A stretch of 63,968 nt of DNA, counting the filler, from Craspedostauros australis (Eukaryota): the NCBI GenBank assembly GCA_030167865.1. It is 5 parts of 5 records of this genome, joined end to end, with 100 filler letters (N's around TTAATTAATTAA, not from the genome) between each part and the next. Parts side by side here need not be neighbours in the genome. Positions count along the whole stretch, not along the records: positions 47,747 to 59,909 come from JALAGF010000844.1; 4 more parts are not named here. One strand, written 5' to 3'. This document shows, in pieces, positions 50,156 to 60,009 of this stretch (position 1 is its first letter; the number at the start of each line of letters is the position of its first letter). Position numbers and translations under genes: made by a program. A model generated the notes under the pieces. The model did no database searches and was not told the origin of the DNA. It saw only the letters and a list, made by a program, of their open reading frames with translations.

Positions 50156-50653
50156 GAGCTCCTCTTCGAGTGAGTTGACCTGCACGTTGCAATCGCGCCC
50201 TCCAACTTTCTATCTCGGATATCTCAACCTACCATATACTCTTAATCCTGATCGTCCCTTCGTCAAAAAAATATCAGCTAGATCTTGTACTAGCGTCCAA
50301 TTTTAAGTTTTATGGAGCCATCAAGGCGTGCATTTTCTGGACTGCTTCTATGGTTCCATAACAGCCATTTCAGCGATGGAGCGGGAAGGAAAAACCTGGA
50401 GTCAAGAGCGTCAACTGGCACCTGACGACAAGTTTCCAAAAACATGATCGAAGCTCTCAACAATCAACATGCACTATGGTGTTGTTGGACTCAGGTGACT
50501 TGACATTCTATTTGGAGATCTAGTATTCTATAAGATAACACTTGAAAAAGTGCTTTATTGCAACATCGCGCTGATATTTTTTTGGACAAAGAGAGGTAGA
50601 AAGTTGTTGGGCGTGATTATAACGTGCAGGTCAGCCCACTCGAAGAGGGGCTC
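50156..50653. mobile_element. MITE-like non-autonomous element (~498 bp) with 61-bp imperfect terminal inverted repeats
   Basis: 50156-50216 matches the reverse complement of 50593-50653 at 52/61 nt. A second inverted pair lies at ~50258-50278 and ~50571-50591. The interior is AT-rich and non-coding. No clear TSD. Confidence 0.8.
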
Positions 50654-51283
50654 AAAGTCAGTGCTGCGCCAACGCTGGTACATGTATGTACACGCGCTGT
50701 GGAGGTTCGGTGTGCTTTCCTCCGCACAGGAGGGACAGGTGTTGTTGACTTCTGCTGCCTCGCTCAGCGCTTGAAGTTCGTTTTCGACGTGCAGCTGCCT
50801 TCACATTTGGGGGGGGGGGGCGTATTGACAGAGAGATATATTTCGCTGCGAACAGCTGACGTTCCACTTTGTGGCGATGGCACCTTGAGACTACCGAAGA
50901 ACCTGACGAAGGACGGACCATGGGCAACCAAGTTGTTCTCCACCACAAAGTTTAGACAACAATTTTATAATTTACCGCACTTCTCAATATTGGTCGAATG
51001 GGTCGCCTCAGTTCTATTCCACGAATCCATTTTCTGCAAACTTGACATCACACTGCACCGTATTGCGCTGCCTGAACGGATTGTACAGCGTTTCTCCAGC
51101 ATTACGGAAGGAACTGAGAAGAGCCGACTCCGAAGGAGGACTTGCATAAACCGAGTACTACTATCTGTAGAAGAACGATACCCACATGCCTTTCAGGCAT
51201 CACCACGAAGAGAAGGAATAGCGATTGGAGCCGAAGCTGGAGCTGGATTAGGAAGGAATTTCCGCATCACAACGCTCCGAACG

Positions 51284-53125
51284 ATGGTGGCCAAGCCAGC
51301 CAAACCCTCGGAGCACGACAGCGATGTATGTCCCGTGTGTTTGCTTCCGCCATCTGAGACGGTGTCCTCCTCTGGTGATGTGATTCCTTTCTGCGTGGCA
51401 CCCTGCCGGCACAGTTTGTGCAGACTGTGCGCGGAAAGGGTCCTCTACCACAAGGATCTTCAGCACCGCCACAAAAACAATTCGGAATCCAAGCTGTCGT
51501 TTGCCACGCAGGGAAAGTGCCCGACGTGCCGACACCCCATGAGCATGTTCGATCTGACGAATGCAACACCAGAATCAGCACCCGCGTTCGTCCCCGCGCC
51601 AGTGCCAGCAGATGCAACGGCAGCACCCACCAATCCCTCGTTTCCCAAGAACTACGACTTCCAGTCATGGCCGATCCGTGGATTCCGGTACGCACAGAGG
51701 AGGCACGATCGCTTGCTCGCGTTCGAGTCAGGACTCATGGTTTCCGATGTCTGCTTCGATTTCTCCCATCACACACCTCAACTCAGATTCACCATGCAGC
51801 AATCATTGGCATCGGAATCGGAATCTGTGCTCAAGATCCTGGAGTTCACGCGTGGGAAAGCCCATTTCCATTCAAAATCCTGCACCTTCCACGGCGAAAT
51901 CACGGTGCATCCATGCAACCCAATCGGCCATCACAGGATTGAATCGATCCTCGTGATGTTGCAATTCTCTCGGGATTTCAGATTCATTGCGGATGGATAC
52001 ATCGAAGAGACGCTCCAGGCAACATCGCCGCAGGAGTTCCCCATGGATGGGACGTGGAAAGTGACGTGGCCGGGGCATCAACCAGACACCTTCAGTGCAT
52101 CCATCACGCTCTACGCGCACCACTTCTCGCTCTATGGCCTGCACTACGACGTCAAAGTCGGAGAAGACGGCGTCCCGTATTTCTCATGGCCAGCGGATGT
52201 CATCCCCGACGATGGAAATCAGCAAAATCCCTCAGTCGTCCAGACAGCAACCGGACCGATTGATCGTGCCGGGGTCGGGCAGGGAGCCAATATTGGAGAC
52301 GTTGTCGAGTGGACGACGACGAACAGAGATTTCGGCCGGATTGTGTGGTGCCGCATGCAACGATCGGCTCAAGCCCAGACGCCCCGCCTGACATTCGTCA
52401 CGCCGAGCCAGTCATTGGCGGCATTCGAACGCGTCGTTTCGACCGTCGAACCAAGTCGTCCCAAGTACCATTCCGCAGCGCCTTGGGGCAACACGTTCTG
52501 CCAGGGTCTCCGTGTGGGATTGGCATCGTACCACTTCGGCGCTGCGTCTGACGATCAGGATGCTGGCGGCCTCCCGCCTGTTCATATCTCGTACGAGCAC
52601 CCCTTTACATCGCAATGGCCTTCATTGGACAATGGATCACCCGTTCCGTCACAGGTCCCATTCCACAACACTTCGTGGGATCCAGCCGAGCGCGTCTTCC
52701 GTGGCGACATCTGTTGGCAGCAAGACTACGGTACGACATGGCAAAGCTGCCGCCGATGGTCATACGAAATGCAGTTCGACAAGGACTTCACATGCATTGT
52801 GTCCGGCCAAGTCAAGTCGCTCCTGGAGCACGCCACGGAAACCACGGACATGTCCTCCTTTGGCACCGACCTGGTGTACGTGAATGCTGCGATCGAAGAG
52901 CACTTTCGACAGCTGTGGGGTGCCATGAATAACGATGTGAGTAACGAGGATAACAACGACGATCCAGTCGACGGGGGGATGTCCCATCGATTTTCGCGGC
53001 TGTATCGGGGCCTGAGGAGTCAATGGGAGGCAGAGAATGCATCCCACCAAACCATCATGATGCTTACCTCCGTCTGCATGAAGACCCTCATTGATGGGGG
53101 AGAGGATGTCATTGAGTTGCGCTGA
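51284..53125 (+). CDS. RING-HC (C3HC4) finger protein with a duplicated, uncharacterised beta-rich domain
   Basis: CPVC...CRHSLCRLC...CPTC RING pattern. Internal repeat TFHGEI...LQFSRDFRFIADG versus VFRGDI...MQFDKDFTCIVSG. First in-frame ATG is at 51284. Confidence 0.82.
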   Translation: MVAKPAKPSEHDSDVCPVCLLPPSETVSSSGDVIPFCVAPCRHSLCRLCAERVLYHKDLQHRHKNNSESKLSFATQGKCPTCRHPMSMFDLTNATPESAPAFVPAPVPADATAAPTNPSFPKNYDFQSWPIRGFRYAQRRHDRLLAFESGLMVSDVCFDFSHHTPQLRFTMQQSLASESESVLKILEFTRGKAHFHSKSCTFHGEITVHPCNPIGHHRIESILVMLQFSRDFRFIADGYIEETLQATSPQEFPMDGTWKVTWPGHQPDTFSASITLYAHHFSLYGLHYDVKVGEDGVPYFSWPADVIPDDGNQQNPSVVQTATGPIDRAGVGQGANIGDVVEWTTTNRDFGRIVWCRMQRSAQAQTPRLTFVTPSQSLAAFERVVSTVEPSRPKYHSAAPWGNTFCQGLRVGLASYHFGAASDDQDAGGLPPVHISYEHPFTSQWPSLDNGSPVPSQVPFHNTSWDPAERVFRGDICWQQDYGTTWQSCRRWSYEMQFDKDFTCIVSGQVKSLLEHATETTDMSSFGTDLVYVNAAIEEHFRQLWGAMNNDVSNEDNNDDPVDGGMSHRFSRLYRGLRSQWEAENASHQTIMMLTSVCMKTLIDGGEDVIELR

Positions 53126-53449
53126 GAAAGCGATTTCGCTGCTGCACGTACGTATTTGTATCCCCAGAGATTAGGAATTGTGGAACTGTTCTACTTTAAT
53201 CTATAATGTAATACATATGTACTTCACTCCACTGTGCATTATTCATGCATTACAAGGAAATGCCGCACGTACGATTCCAACAACATGCTCGTAGTATGAG
53301 CTCGCAGAGTACTTTGTGTACCGGAGTGTTGCAGTCAACACGGCATATAAAGTGGACGCCATGCGGCGTCTGCATACGGTACGATGCATCGCAGTGCTCG
53401 TAAGCAGCCCTACTGGTATCCAGCCCGTTGCTGTTTGCGCACGCCAATG

Positions 53450-54826
53450 TCACGCATCGCCAATTTTGCAGCACTGTTTCCAATTCTCCATCTGGATCCG
53501 AGTAGCTTGCACGATCATCTCGACAGGGACACAGAGCAAAGAACGGCGGGCATTTGCGCGTCCGATCTTCGTGGCTCCAAGCTGCTTCGTTTCTTCGATC
53601 ATGTCTTTGCCGAGGTAAACGTACGAATGGTTGACGTTCGCAACAGCCGCCAAGGTTCCGAAGCAATGCGGGATACCATACCCATGCGGTATCACTTCGA
53701 TCACGGACCCGCACCGCTGCATGAATGGGATACCCGTGAGATGCGCGCCGTGGGGCGATAGCAGGATGTCTACGTTGTTCAACGCTTCCACCTGCTGCTC
53801 GAATGTGAACTCGTCGAAGAATACGATTGGTGGCCTGTACGGCAAGCGCAGTTCATGCTGCAGGATCTTGGATGTGGCGGGCGCATGAAGCAGACGTCGG
53901 CTCTTTCTACGATTGACGATGACGATGCGAGGTGTCGTGTTCTGAAGTGTTCTACGTGCTTCGTCAACATGCATCGTGCCGCAGCTTGCGTCCTGGTATT
54001 CCTCCTCCAGCCCAAGCGTCGTCAACACGCTGCGTCGGAGGTGTGCCATATCACCCATATGTGCCGCGAAAAAGCCTTTGTTGCGCGGTGTGTTAGCGAT
54101 CAGCAACTTCTTGCGATCGGACGTGTAGCTCTGTCTGTAGTTCATTATCGTCTTTTGGATGACAGAGATATTGGTGTGCTCCAGGACTCGGATCATGCCA
54201 GCGCTAAAGGAGGAGCTATTCGAGAAGATCTGATAATACTGCGGGTGGACCAGCAGGACATGCTCCGCATCGGGAAAGTGCCGCCACAAAGACCAGCACG
54301 GGACGAGATGCTGCATCTGATGCGGGAAGTGATGGATGAACAAGTATTCGGTGAAAGTGCACGCAACTGTTCGGATGCGCTGGTCGGAAGCTCCGCCATC
54401 TCTTGGTGGTGCCGCACCCAACGCTATCCCTTCATGATCCCATGCCTTCTTGAGATTCCCGTACGCAGCCTTGAAGAGGGCGTCGACAGGGTACGTTCTC
54501 GGATAATGGCTCACATTGAACGCAGCAGGGATGTTTGGATCAAGGATATTGCAGTTGTGATTCGGTGGGTCGTGAAACTGCGCATCGGCTGGGTGCAGCA
54601 TCATGAAGGGTGGAAAGGACGCGTTCTTGTGCTCATCCGAGGGTTGGTGCAATAGCGGCTGTTGGGCTGCATTGTTGGAGACTGAACCCATCGGCATGTC
54701 ATTTTGCGGGTTGCGGAGAGCGATGGAACCGCCCGCGAGGATACGCGTGGACACCCTCAAGCCAATCAAGCTCAAAGTCAGCACCGTTGCGATCGCAAGC
54801 TTTTGGTGGCCGCTGAGGCTTCCCAT
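53450..54826 (-). CDS. Glycosyltransferase family 61-like (DUF563) type II membrane protein
   Basis: N-terminal anchor LAIATVLTLSLIGL, a HHFPH motif, RIVIVNRRKSRRL, and TFEQQVEALNNVDILLSPHGAHLT...VIEVIP. Confidence 0.8.
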   Translation of the reverse strand: MGSLSGHQKLAIATVLTLSLIGLRVSTRILAGGSIALRNPQNDMPMGSVSNNAAQQPLLHQPSDEHKNASFPPFMMLHPADAQFHDPPNHNCNILDPNIPAAFNVSHYPRTYPVDALFKAAYGNLKKAWDHEGIALGAAPPRDGGASDQRIRTVACTFTEYLFIHHFPHQMQHLVPCWSLWRHFPDAEHVLLVHPQYYQIFSNSSSFSAGMIRVLEHTNISVIQKTIMNYRQSYTSDRKKLLIANTPRNKGFFAAHMGDMAHLRRSVLTTLGLEEEYQDASCGTMHVDEARRTLQNTTPRIVIVNRRKSRRLLHAPATSKILQHELRLPYRPPIVFFDEFTFEQQVEALNNVDILLSPHGAHLTGIPFMQRCGSVIEVIPHGYGIPHCFGTLAAVANVNHSYVYLGKDMIEETKQLGATKIGRANARRSLLCVPVEMIVQATRIQMENWKQCCKIGDA

Positions 54827-55586
54827 GGCGGAGAATCGACAACGCAAAGCTCCCGTGCCGCTTCCAATCCATTCTCAAGAGCTGCGCCCTCTCCACCGCA
54901 GACGCATTTCTGTGATGGCGCCACACTTTGTGCTTGATGTGCGTTGCGAGCAGCTTATAAATACGAGCCACACCAGCGATTCTGCCGTCTGGTCTCTATC
55001 TCTCTTGCTCTCGCTCTCCCTCTCCCTCCAGCGTGGGATTAATGTCTCCGACGAAGTCCTGGCTGTTGTTGTTGCAGAAGATACGCGAGGTCCAATCGCG
55101 GAGGTAACATGGACACAACGAAGCAATGTCACTGGATCGATCCGGGACTCGCACTCATGTCTTCGCGGGACCCCAATGTCAGTGTGACATTGTTTGATGG
55201 CGAGGTCTGAGTCGCGGGTGCATGGCGCAAGGTTACACAGTTCAGAGCTACATACCTACGCGGCTGAAGTAGATGACCCGATGGACGTGACCGCAACCAC
55301 ACCGTCCATTGTATTATCGCATGTGCGAGTATGGCAGAGCATTGTAATCTCTAGAGAGAGAGAGAGAGAGAGAGTTGTAGAGTAGGATGCCCCTGTTCTT
55401 GTTGCGCGACCACTTGTTATAAATCAAGATAAATAGTAATCGAATTGATAGACATCTAAAGGCTACAGCAGAGTCTCTGGGTCCCTTGAAGATTGTACCC
55501 GCCGATGTTGCTATTGTTGTTGCTTTTGCTATTGCTATTGCTGTTGGCACTGGTACAGGTGCAGGTACGTGCGGAATGATGCTCTC

Positions 55587-58500
55587 TCATGCTTCCTCAT
55601 CTGATGATCCGTCATACATTGACAGCGGTTGCTTCGTGCCGGGCGGTTGGATGTCGCTGACCATCTTCCACGGGCTATGCTCCATCAATGCCGCATCCTG
55701 CGTCGCTGCTCCCTTCCTCATGAGTGCGAAGGACATTTGGTGCATCACACCATCCACGTAGCACTTACCCAGCGACAGCGTTGAGAACACACCGTAATGA
55801 CCAGTGATGATACCCTCGTCCACCACAGCTCCATCAGCAAATGTCACCAGCGGAGCTTCGTAGATGCGAAAACCGAAGTACAGCATCTTTCCTTGGATAG
55901 TCGCCCCTCTGAATTGCAGCAGAGCGTTCATCATTGGTGTGCCCCAAAGAATGGATTCGAAGGACCATTCCTCGAAGAAGAAGCCGTAGGACATGTACGC
56001 CGAGTACAGCGAAACGGACCATGGCTCTCCACGTTGGACGCCTCCGATAAGCGAGATAACCTCGATCACACGAAGGAGAACGAGCCAGACGATGGCCTGG
56101 ACGACAATGGACACAACGACGATGACGGGGGCCGCGGCCAGTGGTGCTTCTGTTTTCATCATGATTGACATCAGCTCATATGACGGGATGAGGCTCGCCG
56201 CCACTATCACCACCATGATGGCATGCGCCAGCGTGTTGTTGACGGTCATGAGTGCCAATCTCCACGTGGGGAGAGGCACGTTGCTTGGATGGTGGTCCTC
56301 GTTGATCATATCACTCGTGACGTGCGTACTCGGCAACACCAACGATCTGTCGATGGTCACGCCAGGGCCGCATGTCAGCGCCATGCCAACGCTGCTATCC
56401 GTGACCTTGGTTCTCTTGTACTGACCGCCCTCCTCGACATCGAAGTCGCAAAAGGAGATGAAGGATCGTCGGACCGTGATCAGATCCAGCTTCGATGGAG
56501 GGAAGGTAGTCACTCCCGCCCTCGATCTCATGTCGATATCCATGCCGTGTGCCATCAGGACGAGGTTCCACAGTTGCGAGTAGAATGTCAGGTCGAGGAG
56601 CAACATTGTTCCGACGAAGAAGTGGAAGTTGCATGCCCAGTCGGCGAACTTGGAGAACGTTCCTGTTCGTGCTGCACCCGGCCGTTTCTTGCCGATCAGC
56701 ACCCACTTGAGGATGACGCTGGTGATCACGAAGAAGATGGACGTCAGGCCAAAGAGCGCGATCCTGTAGATGATAGGGGAGTATCTCCATTCCGGAAGCT
56801 TATTCCCGACCAACTGATCGGCAGCCACGAAGCAACTGAAGGCGAAGTACAGCTCGATGGCGAGCCACATGACTTTCATCATTCCCAACACGGTCGATGA
56901 ACCGGTGGATGTAGCGGATGTCATGTCCTCACTCGCTGTTTCGATTGCGGATTCTTCATCGCCATCTGGGAGGGCTGCCGAAGGAGCATCGACGAATGCT
57001 GGGTTGCCCTTGATTGTGGTGTTCGGGGGTGCCTGAGCGCCTTCCACCAGCACCGACACGCGCTGTACCTGGCAGCCGGAGCCGATGCTAGTTCCAGGGA
57101 GCAAGGCGCCATCGACTGTGGCGTCTGATCCAACCTGAATCTTGCGGAACTTCACGCTGGGACCTTGCTGCTCATTTCTCCATGGGCCGAACACACGGCA
57201 TCGGATGTTCATGTTGATCGTGGCGTTTGCACCAATCTTCACCAAATCGAACTCTCGGATGGTCCCGTTCACGCTGGCTGACCTGTGGATGTTGGCACCC
57301 ATCAGGTAGTAGAACATCATCATCAAAGGCGTGCCGGCGATGATGCAGCCAACGAAGCGTTCCCATACATGCACCAACCGATCGACGAACCACCATCTGA
57401 TGAAGTAAATATTGGTCTGATTGGCGTATCCTTCTGCGTATCTGCCAATGACGATCCACTTCGAGAGGACGATCGCGGAGGTGAACGCAATGGCCCAGAC
57501 TGGAACGATCAAAGGGAACAGCACCCACTCAAGACCGGGGAGGACGTTGGAGTCGGCGATGGCCTTTCCAACTTCATACGCTGGGATGATGGGGAGCGCG
57601 AAGATGACGAGCATGATGAACGCGCCGATGGCTTGGGTGATGGCGACGGCGGCTTGAGAGAGTGGCTTCTCGTTGGGGAAAGTCACAAGCCTCTTGAGGG
57701 TTGGGAGGTTGGTTGGTAGAGGCAGCCCCGTTGATGCCTCAAGGAAGGCTCTTAGATCCACAACTTTTGGAAACAGTTGGAAGACGTTTGAAGGGAGGAC
57801 TTTGTTGTATCGTTGAGAGAGGGACTGGCGGAGCTCCAACTCCATCATGGAGGACAGTCCAACATCCTTCCATTCATCGTCGGGGTGGACGCCTGATCTC
57901 GTGACGTTCTCGATGATCTCATGGAAGTCCATGTCGTTGATGTTCCAGTCTTCCATCGCGGACTTCCTCAACGATAGGTGCGAGGATTGAGCTGCCGTGC
58001 CAACATCGTGCGCGCTGAAAAAGTGCGATGTCCCGGCCACATCTAGCACTATCTTCTGCGTTCCATCATGAAGGCGCTGGCGGTTGTGGCGTCTCTGGAT
58101 CTTGCCGCTTGTTGTTTTGGAGATGGTCCGTTCCTCCACAGCGACGACTGATGCCGGTGTCAACCCGATCTGGTCAACGACGGCCTTCTTGATCTGTTGG
58201 CAGATGCTTTCGACGTCATCTGTATCTGCTGAACGGATCTCAAACACGATCTCCAACTGCCCATCGTTGTCGGTGTCGTCGGATGAAAAAGCAGCGATGC
58301 AGCCTGGACGGACAGCAGATGATGCATCTTCCACAGCTTGTTCGATGTCTTGCGGGTAGTAGTTGACACCATTGACGATTATGATGTCCTTCTTGCGGCC
58401 GCAGATGTAGAGATAATCGTCTTGGTAGAATCCGTAGTCACCTGTTCGCAAGTATACCTTGCTATCGGCATCTGCATCGGATGGTGTGGTCTCCTGCAGT

Positions 58501-59909
58501 CTGCCTTGGAATGTTTCGGCAGTGAGCTGTGGCTGATTGTAGTATCCAGCGGCAACGGATGCTCCCGCGATCCAGATCTCTCCCGTGACGTTGTCAGAGA
58601 CCTGCGAGCAGGTGTCCGGGTCCACAATGATGATGTCTACCAAACTGTGCAGATTGCTGCGTTGGGCGATGGCCACAAATGGGTGGAGATCTTCATCTGG
58701 TCGGACGGTCGACAGATGGAATCCAAAATTGAAGCTTGCTCCAACCACGTTCTCGGCCAGACCGTATCCAGCCATGAACCAGTCCTCGCACAACCCGTGC
58801 GGGCAGAAGGCCTTCGAGAATGATTCGTTCGTATCAAGCCGGATTGGCTCCGCGGCATTTTGCAGCTCGAATATACTTGAGAGATCAAGGTTGGGGATGG
58901 GATTGGACTTGCCATGTTTTGCTCGTGTCTTCGCCTCGTTGAACTTGCGGACGACCAGTCGAAACGCGAAGTCGGGGGCGGCGCTGAAATGGCACTTGTG
59001 CTGTGACATGAGATCGACCCAGAGCAATGGGTTGCGGATGAAGGAAACCGGCGAAATCATGTGGACTCTCGAACTCGATGCCAGTGGCGCAATCACCATT
59101 TGGATGAGGCCCATGTCATGATACTGCGGCAGCCATGAAAATGTGGAGAACCGCTCCGGAAGTTGCTTGCCGCTTGTACCCTTGTCGAAGCAAGTGAGCC
59201 AACTGCTGTGCAGCAGCTCGATGTTGGCCCTCACTGCGTCATATGTCACCATCACACCCTTCGGGTTGCCGGTGCTTCCAGACGTGTACTGAAGGAAAGC
59301 CAGATCCGAGCCTTGGATGTTCGGCTCATCAAAGGAAGGTGGTGGCGACGACGAGCGGCCAGACAGGAGGCTGGACAGGAATCCTTTCTTTGCCTGCTTG
59401 GGGCCGGCCTTGCTCTTGCCGCTTCTCCTGTCGACCAAGAACGGATCATGATGGATGACGCGATCGGTCACTTGGTACTTCACCCCGCTTGGCCACATGG
59501 ATCGGCTCTTGGATGCCGGATTTGCGCGATCGGCGAGACGCAGCAGGTTGATGGTCGTCTGGGTGAGAATGACTGCCGGGGAGCAATCCTCGATCACCTT
59601 GTTCATCTTCGCGAGTGACTTGACGAGCGGTGGTCCTGGAGGATAGACCAACACAGCAGTCACGCCTGCGCGGAGGCATCCCAGAAAGATGGCGAAGAAG
59701 TGCAGTCCGAAGTCGTAGCAGAGCACGACGCGATCGCCTTTCTTGACGTCCCACTTGTTGCGGAGGAGATGGGCGCATTGTCCCGCTTCATCCCAGAGCT
59801 GCTGGAAGGTGTAGTTGTTGATTGCCTTTCCCTTGTCGTTGTACCAAGTGGAGAAGACGGTGTCGGACTTGAGTTCGACGATGAACTTGAGATGGTCGAT
59901 GAAAGAGTT
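55587..59909 (-). CDS. NRPS-like membrane synthetase: FAAL-type adenylation domain, carrier protein, and three Pls/PosA-like TM + beta-helix modules; 5' truncated at contig edge
   Basis: FAAL motifs AFLQYTSGSTGNPKG, SWLPQYHDMGLI, YGLAE, GEIW, LRTGD, GRKKDIII...NYYPQDIE, KTTSGKIQR. Carrier motif VGLSSMMELEL. Three modules with TM pairs and KWxxIG / GTP...GAxI motifs. The frame stays open from 59726 up to the linker (NSFIDHLK...KKGDRVV). Confidence 0.88.
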   Translation of the reverse strand, partial: NSFIDHLKFIVELKSDTVFSTWYNDKGKAINNYTFQQLWDEAGQCAHLLRNKWDVKKGDRVVLCYDFGLHFFAIFLGCLRAGVTAVLVYPPGPPLVKSLAKMNKVIEDCSPAVILTQTTINLLRLADRANPASKSRSMWPSGVKYQVTDRVIHHDPFLVDRRSGKSKAGPKQAKKGFLSSLLSGRSSSPPPSFDEPNIQGSDLAFLQYTSGSTGNPKGVMVTYDAVRANIELLHSSWLTCFDKGTSGKQLPERFSTFSWLPQYHDMGLIQMVIAPLASSSRVHMISPVSFIRNPLLWVDLMSQHKCHFSAAPDFAFRLVVRKFNEAKTRAKHGKSNPIPNLDLSSIFELQNAAEPIRLDTNESFSKAFCPHGLCEDWFMAGYGLAENVVGASFNFGFHLSTVRPDEDLHPFVAIAQRSNLHSLVDIIIVDPDTCSQVSDNVTGEIWIAGASVAAGYYNQPQLTAETFQGRLQETTPSDADADSKVYLRTGDYGFYQDDYLYICGRKKDIIIVNGVNYYPQDIEQAVEDASSAVRPGCIAAFSSDDTDNDGQLEIVFEIRSADTDDVESICQQIKKAVVDQIGLTPASVVAVEERTISKTTSGKIQRRHNRQRLHDGTQKIVLDVAGTSHFFSAHDVGTAAQSSHLSLRKSAMEDWNINDMDFHEIIENVTRSGVHPDDEWKDVGLSSMMELELRQSLSQRYNKVLPSNVFQLFPKVVDLRAFLEASTGLPLPTNLPTLKRLVTFPNEKPLSQAAVAITQAIGAFIMLVIFALPIIPAYEVGKAIADSNVLPGLEWVLFPLIVPVWAIAFTSAIVLSKWIVIGRYAEGYANQTNIYFIRWWFVDRLVHVWERFVGCIIAGTPLMMMFYYLMGANIHRSASVNGTIREFDLVKIGANATINMNIRCRVFGPWRNEQQGPSVKFRKIQVGSDATVDGALLPGTSIGSGCQVQRVSVLVEGAQAPPNTTIKGNPAFVDAPSAALPDGDEESAIETASEDMTSATSTGSSTVLGMMKVMWLAIELYFAFSCFVAADQLVGNKLPEWRYSPIIYRIALFGLTSIFFVITSVILKWVLIGKKRPGAARTGTFSKFADWACNFHFFVGTMLLLDLTFYSQLWNLVLMAHGMDIDMRSRAGVTTFPPSKLDLITVRRSFISFCDFDVEEGGQYKRTKVTDSSVGMALTCGPGVTIDRSLVLPSTHVTSDMINEDHHPSNVPLPTWRLALMTVNNTLAHAIMVVIVAASLIPSYELMSIMMKTEAPLAAAPVIVVVSIVVQAIVWLVLLRVIEVISLIGGVQRGEPWSVSLYSAYMSYGFFFEEWSFESILWGTPMMNALLQFRGATIQGKMLYFGFRIYEAPLVTFADGAVVDEGIITGHYGVFSTLSLGKCYVDGVMHQMSFALMRKGAATQDAALMEHSPWKMVSDIQPPGTKQPLSMYDGSSDEEA

Positions 59910-60009
59910 NNNNNNNNNNNNNNNNNNNNNNNNNNNNNNNNNNNNNNNNNNNNTTAATTAATTAANNNNNNNNNNNNNNNNNNNNNNNNNNNNNNNNNNN
60001 NNNNNNNNN
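59910..60009. other. Artificial contig linker
   Basis: N44-TTAATTAATTAA-N44. Confidence 0.98.

Noticed and set aside
50624..51283. 220-codon N-terminal extension of the RING ORF
   Set aside because: Starts at a GTG inside the MITE TIR, has no in-frame ATG and is not protein-like.
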